From NCBI GenBank assembly GCA_000004985.1, contig GG738869.1: DNA of 64,000 nucleotides. One strand, given 5' to 3'. This DNA comes from Naegleria gruberi. Its lineage: Eukaryota. The position numbers and the translations under genes were made by a program. The notes under the pieces are model-generated. The model was not told the origin of the DNA and did no database searches. It saw only the letters and a list, made by a program, of their open reading frames with translations. Position 1 is the stretch's first letter, and every line of letters begins with the position of its first letter. Shown piece by piece: positions 56,784 to 64,000 of this stretch.

Positions 56784-57487
56784 TTATTTCTTGGACTTCT
56801 TTTGTTGGATTCTCTTCAAGTAGAAAGCCAATTCAGCACCTTCCAAGACAATACCGTCAGCACGACCAACTTGACCTGGTCTAGATCTAATTCTAGCCAA
56901 CAATCTACCAGTGGACAATTGTTCCTTGAGGAGAGGATCAACTTCTGGAGCCTTCTTTCTATTTTCCAAAACCTTAGCCTTGGTCTTTTCGTCCATCTTT
57001 TCCAAGAGGTCTTCCTTCTTCTTACCCAAGGAGATACCGTAGGTCTTTTCGTAGAATTGCTTGAATGGAGAAGCATCAACCAAAACAACAGCACCCTTGA
57101 CGATAGCCTTAGTTCTGACCAATTCGTTGTTAGTGGCGTTGTAAACAACGTCCATGATTCTGGTTGGAGTAGACATAGCTTCAGAACCCCAAGCGAAGTT
57201 ACCGCTGTTCAATCTGAGGGCTCTAACCTTGTAGTTACCACCTCTAACTCTGACCATGGAGATCTTAGTCTTACCCATCTTGGTGTTAGCAGCAGCTCTA
57301 CCCAATTCGAACTTTCTCTTCTTTCTGTGGATCTTTCTCTTACCACCGGTAACACGCTTCTTATGGAGATCGCTCTTGGTAATACCTGGTTATTGATAAA
57401 TAGTAATGCGATGTTAAAATTGTTTATATGTTGTTGCCAGCAACAGTTGTTATTAATATTAGTAGCGAACCTCATCTACGTACCCAT
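56784..57487 (-). CDS. RPS8: 40S ribosomal protein S8 (eS8), 2 exons: 57484..57487 (ATGG) and 56784..57385
   Basis: The ORF-track start at 57305 is TTG. The frame continues upstream as ITKSDLHKKRVTGGKRKIHRKKRKFELGRAAA. The sequence aaATGG|GTACGTAG...TACTAAT...AACCAG (98-nt intron, 57386..57483) supplies M-G, giving the canonical eS8 N-terminus MGI(T/S).... Confidence 0.85.
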
Positions 57488-57764
57488 TTTGACTTTGATG
57501 TATTTTTTTTCAACAAATTTTTGGTTAACTAGCAAAGAAGTTTTTTACAACCAAAACCTTCAATAAAAATTTCTCAGCTGTTCGAAAAAAGACAAGTCTG
57601 CTTCAACAAAACACTTCCCAACACCATCAGTGCATGTCTTTGAGCAAACTATCAACAGATCACATGCATCAATATTGTACTACTGGATTGACATAGTATT
57701 CACCTTCGTCTATGCAATGAAAGTATCTTCTCTTTAAAAAAGTCTTTAAATTACAACAAAAAAT

Positions 57765-58458
57765 ATGAGCAGCACCATCTTCTCCGAATCATCACCATAT
57801 TTTAAATCACTCTTCCATTCATTTAAATTCCCATTTGCACCAATTAATGGTGTTTTTATCGGAAAGAGAAAGGATGATAAAACTGTGGAAATTACCGATT
57901 GTGTTCCTCTCTGTCACTCTACTTCATCAATATGTACCACTCCTTTGGTGGAAATGGCTCTTATTCAAATTGATAGAATTATTGGAGATGATTTAACAAT
58001 TGTTGGATATTATTTTGGTACTGATTATGCTGAATTGTCATCAGATTTTACCGTACCATCAATTCATACTTCAATCTTTACTAAAATTTCTGAAAATTTC
58101 CCTGGAGCTTTACTTTGGATGGTATGTGTGTTTTATAATTTTCAAAATTCAAATTATTGGATTTAATATTATTATGTCTTTTGGATTTGACAATTTACAT
58201 CAATGACATTATAATGATGACAAATAGCTTGAAGATAAGAAACTCAATCAACTTTCTAAATCTATGGTATTCAAGACTTATCAATTAAAATCAAGCAAAT
58301 TAGTACCATGTGATTGTGATATTAAGGGTTTACAAGAATCAGATTTCCAAACACTTGCTGATCACTTAGAAAAGTCAACCTTTGATTCTCTTGTCGATTT
58401 TGAAATACACACAGACAATCCTTCACTTGACTATTTCAATAAATCCTTAAAATTGTAA
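57765..58458 (+). CDS. ER membrane protein complex subunit 8/9 (EMC8/9, UPF0172) homologue, 2 exons: 57765..58121 and 58228..58458
   Basis: A 106-nt GTATGT...CAAATAG intron (58122..58227) in phase 0 joins ORFs 57765 and 58264. Conserved EMC8-like segments are present (CVPLCHSTSS..., TFDSLVDFEIHTDNPSLDYFN). ATG verified. Confidence 0.6.
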
Positions 58459-58587
58459 ATTTATATTAAAATAATACCAATTTAATACTTTTTATTGACA
58501 AAGACCAAATAATGTGGTGAGAGAAAATGTGATGTGATAAAATTCGCAAAGTTGTGTTGATAAATATTACTAAATCAATTAAAGAAA

Positions 58588-58992
58588 TTAATGTTTTCTA
58601 ATATATCTAACTCCGCAATATTTGCAACGTTCAGGGGTAGTGTGGTTAATTCTAATGTATTCTGTTGGGTGACCCATTCCGTTTGAGTGGAATCCATTAC
58701 AAACAGCTGTTTCACCATCAATTTCGATTGGTGGAAGAGAGTCCAAATCCAAACCTTCAATAGATTCAGCAAAGTGTTCATCAATCATTTTCCAATGTTG
58801 TTCAGAAGCAGCATCTAATTTATAAGATTCTTCTTCAGCAGTATTGTGAATATATGCAGAGTTACCATGACCACCACTTCTGCTCACGGAAGATGAAGAA
58901 AATGAGCGAATCAATGGTACAGAAGGAAATAAGTTATTGTTGTTTTTGACGATGGAAGATACAATACGGGAGGTTCTTTGAAGAGAAAACAT
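58588..58992 (-). CDS. NDUFS6: NADH dehydrogenase [ubiquinone] Fe-S protein 6 (NDUFS6, complex I 13-kDa zinc subunit)
   Basis: It has the zf-CHCC signature IEIDGETAVCNG...GHPTEYIRINHTTPERCKYCGVRYI. The ORF-track start at 59046 is TTG; the first ATG (aaaaaATGTTTTC) is at 58992 and begins a presequence-like N-terminus MFSLQRTSRIVSS.... Confidence 0.7.
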   Translation of the reverse strand: MFSLQRTSRIVSSIVKNNNNLFPSVPLIRSFSSSSVSRSGGHGNSAYIHNTAEEESYKLDAASEQHWKMIDEHFAESIEGLDLDSLPPIEIDGETAVCNGFHSNGMGHPTEYIRINHTTPERCKYCGVRYIRKH

Positions 58993-59446
58993 TTTTTTGT
59001 TTTTTAATATTTTTAAAAAATTTAAAATGATGGTTTTCTTGGCCAAAGCTTGCTTTCGATAAATATTGAAAACTCAGCAAAGATTGAATGATGACAATAA
59101 GCAAAGATATTATTCAAACTTAACGAATAGAATGAAGTTTTATTTAAGAAGTAGTATTATTTTTGAAATGGCGAAAATCCAATCCGCTTCGGATGAGTTC
59201 TATGTCATTTCGTGCCATTTCGTTCCATTAATATGATGAAATCTTAATACACAAAAACTGTAAAGAGAATAGTGGATAACTATCCAATAAACAAATCGCT
59301 ACTTTTTAAAACCCAATCACTATAATTGTAAATGACAAGGATCCCTCCAACGTTCTATTAGCTTGGAATAAATTTTGCATACGTCCTCTTCTTTCTATCA
59401 ATTTGCTTTGTAGAAACAAAATTCTAAATTTATAACAGTCAAAAAA

Positions 59447-60152
59447 ATGCAATCATCTCTCCGTGCCTTTAAGTCCCTCTCGAGAAGCAGAAGCTCCTCC
59501 ACCCTCTCATCATCCAGTAAGTTTAAAGTTTTATGGAGCGGATTTTAATCCTTGTATATTGTTTTGTTTTGTATAATTTTCTCTCCACTCTAAAATTTAA
59601 TCATGAATTTTCTCTTTAGTAAAACACAATAGAAATGCCAGTATTTTGGACCAGTCCATTAACCAAGTACGAAATAGACAAAAACTTCTCATCATTGAAC
59701 ATCCGAACCAAGAAAGAGTATTTTTCATTCCTACTTGCAGTAACGGAAATACAATTTCAATGAATTTGCTCATGTCTGATATCCAAGAGTCATTGCTGGA
59801 TCATGATCTTTTCAGACATCCTCATACCACTAGTGGTGGATTTTCAGAAAAGGTTCACCTCATGTATCCAAAAGAACATCACAAACGTGTTGTTAATATC
59901 CTTTCTCAAAGATCATTCAAAGATGAATCTAAGGACCCACTTGACGCCTTGTATCATCAAGCAGACTCCAATGTTAACCCAGTAACAAAAAACAAACAAC
60001 TCATCAAGATGGAATACATAATACCACGTAAAGAAGTGTCTCCAAAGAAATCAACTCAATCAAAATCATCCTCCCTCAAGTCAAGCTCTCCATCTAAAGT
60101 TTCATTGAATAGACAAACTACAAGTGAACCTTCAGGTGAAGAAAATCAATAA
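59447..60152 (+). CDS. Hypothetical protein with a predicted mitochondrial presequence, 2 exons: about 59447..59516 and 59620..60152 (coordinates +/-1)
   Basis: ORF 59646..60152 begins at TTG. The upstream exon aaaaaaATGCAATCATCTCTCCGTGCC...TCATCCA|GTAAGT is joined by a 103-nt intron ending in a pyrimidine tract TTTTCTCTTTAG, in phase 1. This gives MQSSLRAFKSLSRSRSSSTLSSS-I-KHNRNASILDQSIN.... No family recognised. Confidence 0.4.
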
Positions 60153-60345
60153 TTTCTAACTTTTGACACATTGTGTCTGTATCTTGTAAATTTTCAATTA
60201 TGTGTGGGTTTGTACAGTTTGCTCACATGAACAATCCGCGGTATCTTGTACAAAAATTGAACGTTAAGTTAAATAAAGTTTTTATTCTCTTCCAATATTA
60301 CAAATGTTACAACCCTAAATAATATTATTCAAAGGGCAATTCTAT

Positions 60346-60915
60346 TTACTTTTTGAAAACAACCTTTCCATCGACAATCTTCCATTCCATTTCCTTCAAA
60401 TAGTCTACTTCAGTAACTTGATCGAAACTCAACTTCTTTCTAAGAGGAGTATCCAACCAGAATGGCGACAAGGTTTCTCTAACAGAATTCCATTGAGAGA
60501 AAACTGCCTTCATATCAACTGGAGTAGCACTAGTATCAGCCAACAATGGTGAAGCAGATGTATCTTTAGCGTGATTGAACTATAAAAATCCAAACAATAA
60601 TAATAACAACAATAAATTCAACAATGTTCCAATTCATCCATAATAAATAAACAAGAATAAATTATATCAATATCATATTATCACAAAGTTCCGCAAACAA
60701 GTTTTAATTATCATCACACCATCATAAATCCATCATCAAAAAATTTTAATCATCACACAATTTCCAAATATTTAAATATTTTACTACTTATCCAATATAC
60801 GTACCAAGTAAGCAATACCAAAAACTGGAACGAAAATCAACACTAACTTGTTTACCTTGGCAAGGATTTGATTGGCAGTAAAAGGACCGAGAGAGGCAGA
60901 AGGGCGGATTGGCAT
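60346..60915 (-). CDS. Small hypothetical protein of about 97 aa, 2 exons: about 60856..60915 and 60346..60579
   Basis: The track ORF 60346..60546 starts at TTG. The frame opens at an acceptor TTTTATAG|TTCAATCAC. The upstream exon aaaaaaaATGCCAATCCGCCC...GCCAAG|GTAAAC (20 codons, phase 0) is joined by an intron of about 276 nt. Confidence 0.3.
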
Positions 60916-61037
60916 TTTTTTTAAACTTGAAGTTTTATTTTTTTAAATGCATTCGGCTTATTCAAAATCTGAGAGAATTGAGGCGAATCGATTGTTATTG
61001 GAATTGAAACAGTTTGATTGGGAAATTGTTTGGAAAT

Positions 61038-62228
61038 TTATTTAAAAACAAGAACAGTTTCATAGGAAATATCTGGAATTCTATTGGTAAGAAGTAATTG
61101 TCCAGTAGTTGAGTTGATTGTGAGGTCCATGTATGTTCCTTGGAATTTGTGTTGATTTTTGGCCTTTCCAAGATTTGGAATAGTGTTACCATTAAACATT
61201 GTTTCTGATCCATCTGGATGTACAATAACAATTGCATTACTTTCACAAGTGTTCATATTTCTATAACCTGCATAGATACAATTACTATTCTTGTCAAACT
61301 TCAATGATTCAATAGCACCAAGCTTTGGCAATTGTTGAGTACCAACAACTTTTCCATTTGGCTTCAAGATGGTCAACTCACTTGTGTATGAATTGGAAAG
61401 GCAAATATTACCATCCTTATTCAAACAGATGCAACTAACTTTCTGAGCTACACAATAGCCACTCATATCTTGACCAACATTGGCAAGAACTTTACCATTT
61501 GAACTATCAACTACACATACAGAAGGTTGTTGAATTCCAGAATAGAGAGAATCTCTTGCACAGTAAATTTTACCATTCTCATCAATGGTGCAATCTTTCA
61601 TATCTGAATCCAATGTTACTGCCCATTTTCTTTGTCTTCCATCGATGGATATCTTGTGAAGCTTGGTTTTCTGAAGAACAATAATACCATCACCTTTTGG
61701 ATCGACTTCCAAAGCATCGATTGCAAAGTCCAATTCTTTCAATTCGAAATTGTAAAGGAAATCCAAGGTTGTGGCATTGAACACAAAAATTCTAATAATG
61801 TGTCTATTCTCAGCTACAAAGATGAGGTTATTTTGTCTGTCGTAGGCAATTTTCTGTGGTTGTTGCATGGTAAGATTGAAATCTTCACGATCACCCAAAC
61901 ATTCAACAAAATCAAAATCTCCAGAGAAGTCAATTGGGTCTTTTGAGAGATGTTCAGTAGTTTTAACAAACTTTCTCTTGGTCATGGTTGAAGAGCTACT
62001 TGAGGTTGAAGTGCTTGATTGACTGGTCTCGTAGTCATCTTTATAAGATGGTTTTTCATCTCTTCCACGATTGTTACTTCTGACATTTGGAAGCAAATTC
62101 TTGATACGGCTTGCAGAACGAAGAATATTCTCAACATTGTTTAGAATTGAAGACATTTTGTTTTTTAGTGTTTTGATTATCATAGTTTGACCATTTTCTC
62201 TTTTTAAAATGTTTGATCTTAATGTCAT
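61038..62228 (-). CDS. NHL/TolB-like beta-propeller repeat protein
   Basis: 396-aa ORF with a verified ATG at 62228. An alternative A-run ATG at 62156 (MSSILNN) may be the real start. There is an S/T-rich linker followed by six repetitive blades (IYCARDS..., ICLSNSY..., IYAGYRN...). Confidence 0.5.
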   Translation of the reverse strand: MTLRSNILKRENGQTMIIKTLKNKMSSILNNVENILRSASRIKNLLPNVRSNNRGRDEKPSYKDDYETSQSSTSTSSSSSTMTKRKFVKTTEHLSKDPIDFSGDFDFVECLGDREDFNLTMQQPQKIAYDRQNNLIFVAENRHIIRIFVFNATTLDFLYNFELKELDFAIDALEVDPKGDGIIVLQKTKLHKISIDGRQRKWAVTLDSDMKDCTIDENGKIYCARDSLYSGIQQPSVCVVDSSNGKVLANVGQDMSGYCVAQKVSCICLNKDGNICLSNSYTSELTILKPNGKVVGTQQLPKLGAIESLKFDKNSNCIYAGYRNMNTCESNAIVIVHPDGSETMFNGNTIPNLGKAKNQHKFQGTYMDLTINSTTGQLLLTNRIPDISYETVLVFK

Positions 62229-62419
62229 CCATCAAGATAATTAAGAAATTCAAGGAACAGTTAGGAACTGAGTCATACATTAATAAATCTATTAGATCTG
62301 TATCAACCCCCTGGTCAAGAAACAATAGATCAACATGAAACGTTCAAAAGGAGTTAATCAAAGTTCTTTTGCTTTCATTCATTTGTCATTATTTGGATTT
62401 TCTTTATCAAGTTGTTTAT

Positions 62420-63835
62420 TTACACAAATGAAATATCAGAAAACTTGTTGTTCAAGCTGGAATACAACTTGTTGATGAATTTTTCATCTTTTCTCTTCAA
62501 ATTATTAGAAATGAAAGGTTGGGAGTTATTGGAAACAATTCTTTGCATGCACGATTGTACTTCTTCTTCATTGGTCGTATTACACACGTGATAATCAAAC
62601 TTGGAGTCTTTACAATATTGTTGGAATAGGTTTTCATACTCGTTAATGGTTGAATTGAGTACACTTCTTTCCAAATTAAGATTGGACATGGATTTCAATT
62701 CTTCTTTCATAGAATCACAAACTTGTCTTTGATAACGAGCTTCTACTGAGAGTTTTTCTTGGAGAATATCTGGTTTTGAAAAGATTACAACCTTTCTGCT
62801 ATTCTTCAATTGTTTCTTGGTCAATAATTCTTTAAAGGTCTTTAAGCTTTCGTCCATTCTATTGGTTTTGGAATCTTCTATGGATTGCTGATTGAATTCA
62901 GAGAGGGAAACAAAGAGTAACAAGACATTGGTTCCTTCCAAATCGAGTGAATTCCATCTTCTTCTTTCCATCTTCTTTCCTCCAGCTGTAACCAAATTCA
63001 ATTCATGACTAGTGGAAAATCTTCTAATGGTTTCTCTTTGTGTCGAATTCGTGCTATTATATAATTGATATTTACATTTTTGAAGGCAGAGTTTACCATT
63101 CTTGAATACTTGATTCATATTTTCTGTGAAATGCTTTGCATCCTTATTCTTTTCATAGTAAGATTTCAGGCAAGTTGACCAAATTCTTTCAAAATCTGTG
63201 ATAATTATTTGAATTTCATCATCTTTCGGGGAGCTAACATCTTCTGTTGATTCCTCCCCACCAAAGAGAATCTTATTTGTCATCTCTGAACATTCTGGCC
63301 ATCTCTCATGTCCATCTTGTCTGTAACTCTTTGCTATCTGACTCATATGTCTACACAAACACTCAAAGTGTTCAGAAGTCGACACAGCCTTTGAATTGCT
63401 CTGATATTGCTCTGTCAATGTATTTACAAACGTACTCTTTCCACTATCTGAACCCCCCAAACACAACACATTCATTCTCTTGTTATTCATCTGCTGTTCA
63501 GTAATAGCACTGGCAGCAGCAGTAGTAGCATCAACACTCTCAATATTTACACAGTTCAAATTATCTTCATCATAACCATCACGTTCCTTTTTCTTGTTAA
63601 CATCGGATTCAACATTCACTTCATTAAGAATGCAACAATCACAATCAGAATCCTTATCTTCTTTAGCGGTGATTGCTGTTGAGAGGGACTGAGAAACACA
63701 CTCTATTAAACTCATTTGTTTTGTTTTATATATTGAATTGTATCTCGAGTTCCTAAAGTATTTAAATGAATTGCAGAATTGGTCTCTTGCTTTTTTGTTG
63801 TCCACCTTATTTGGAATTTTTAAAAAGATGCGCAT
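62420..63835 (-). CDS. Divergent heterotrimeric G-protein alpha-subunit-like protein
   Basis: G1 is LCLGGSDSGKST. The G3 region is LVTAGGKKMERRRW, where canonical DVGGQRSERKKW is expected. The G4 region is VVIFSKPDIL, where NKKD is expected. G5 is VCNTTN. The ATG at 63835 was verified. There is a 115-aa N-terminal extension with no MGxxxS acylation motif. Confidence 0.7.
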   Translation of the reverse strand: MRIFLKIPNKVDNKKARDQFCNSFKYFRNSRYNSIYKTKQMSLIECVSQSLSTAITAKEDKDSDCDCCILNEVNVESDVNKKKERDGYDEDNLNCVNIESVDATTAAASAITEQQMNNKRMNVLCLGGSDSGKSTFVNTLTEQYQSNSKAVSTSEHFECLCRHMSQIAKSYRQDGHERWPECSEMTNKILFGGEESTEDVSSPKDDEIQIIITDFERIWSTCLKSYYEKNKDAKHFTENMNQVFKNGKLCLQKCKYQLYNSTNSTQRETIRRFSTSHELNLVTAGGKKMERRRWNSLDLEGTNVLLLFVSLSEFNQQSIEDSKTNRMDESLKTFKELLTKKQLKNSRKVVIFSKPDILQEKLSVEARYQRQVCDSMKEELKSMSNLNLERSVLNSTINEYENLFQQYCKDSKFDYHVCNTTNEEEVQSCMQRIVSNNSQPFISNNLKRKDEKFINKLYSSLNNKFSDISFV

Positions 63836-64000
63836 TGAATAAGTTGATTAGAGAGGAGATGATTGAATATATTCTCGTAGAGGAATGGAGAATGACCTAT
63901 TGTGTAAAAAACTATTCATGAAAGTCAATATCTCTTGGCATAAAAATTAGTTCAATAGTTGAGATTGAAGCATGTTTTGAAGATCGAACAAAAATGGAGC

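Noticed and set aside
56802-57566. 254-aa ORF on the + strand overlapping the eS8 gene
   Set aside because: It is the antisense reading of a highly expressed ribosomal protein gene. It is low-complexity S/T/L-rich, has no start context and no similarity. Regard it as a spurious shadow ORF.
1-64000. Reading the window as a prokaryotic island (operons, defence systems, CRISPR)
   Set aside because: Canonical GT-AG introns restore conserved protein cores in at least 12 genes. Eukaryote-only gene families are present (eS8, GRWD1, CFAP45, EMC8, NDUFS6, Kv, G-alpha). Pol-III tRNA genes have oligo-T terminators. No CRISPR repeats or rRNA were seen.

Overview
This window is nuclear DNA from an AT-rich eukaryote, not a prokaryote. 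It is compact and gene-dense (about 35 protein genes and 2 tRNAs in 64 kb). It uses the standard genetic code, has A-rich tracts just upstream of most ATG start codons, and carries short spliceosomal GT-AG introns of about 43-106 nt (one about 276 nt), several of which contain TACTAAC-like branch sites. Several ORF-track 'M' starts are actually GTG or TTG codons. For those genes the true start is either an internal ATG or a tiny upstream exon. In two cases the first exon is only ATG or ATGG, followed directly by a GTACGT donor.

Recognisable genes: NDR/LATS-family kinase, GRWD1/Rrb1, a Brix-domain ribosome-biogenesis protein, ribosomal protein eS8, CFAP45 (a flagellar coiled-coil protein, so the organism is flagellated), hybrid-cluster protein (HCP), a cytochrome-P450-reductase-like diflavin reductase, serine palmitoyltransferase LCB2, a class-3 lipase, an OSCA/TMEM63 channel, a Kv-type K+ channel, EMC8/9, NDUFS6, a DUF4116-repeat protein, a divergent G-alpha, an NHL-repeat/EGF/TM receptor kinase, F-box/LRR proteins, and a Tet/JBP-family 2OG-Fe(II) dioxygenase that, as I recall the NgTet1 sequence, closely resembles Naegleria NgTet1. 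From the composition and this gene set my inference is a heterolobosean amoeboflagellate of the Naegleria type. No sequence search was possible, so treat that as a guess.

The two regions most worth a second look:
1. A head-to-head pair, HCP plus a diflavin reductase, sharing one promoter region. Both carry basic N-terminal extensions that look like mitochondrial presequences. This is a candidate eukaryotic counterpart of the bacterial hcp-hcr redox module.
2. An ORF-poor stretch at about 18-27 kb containing the Tet-like dioxygenase and a 909-aa unknown protein. Both have skewed codon usage, and the stretch also holds decayed gene fragments. It could be a mobile or epigenetic island.
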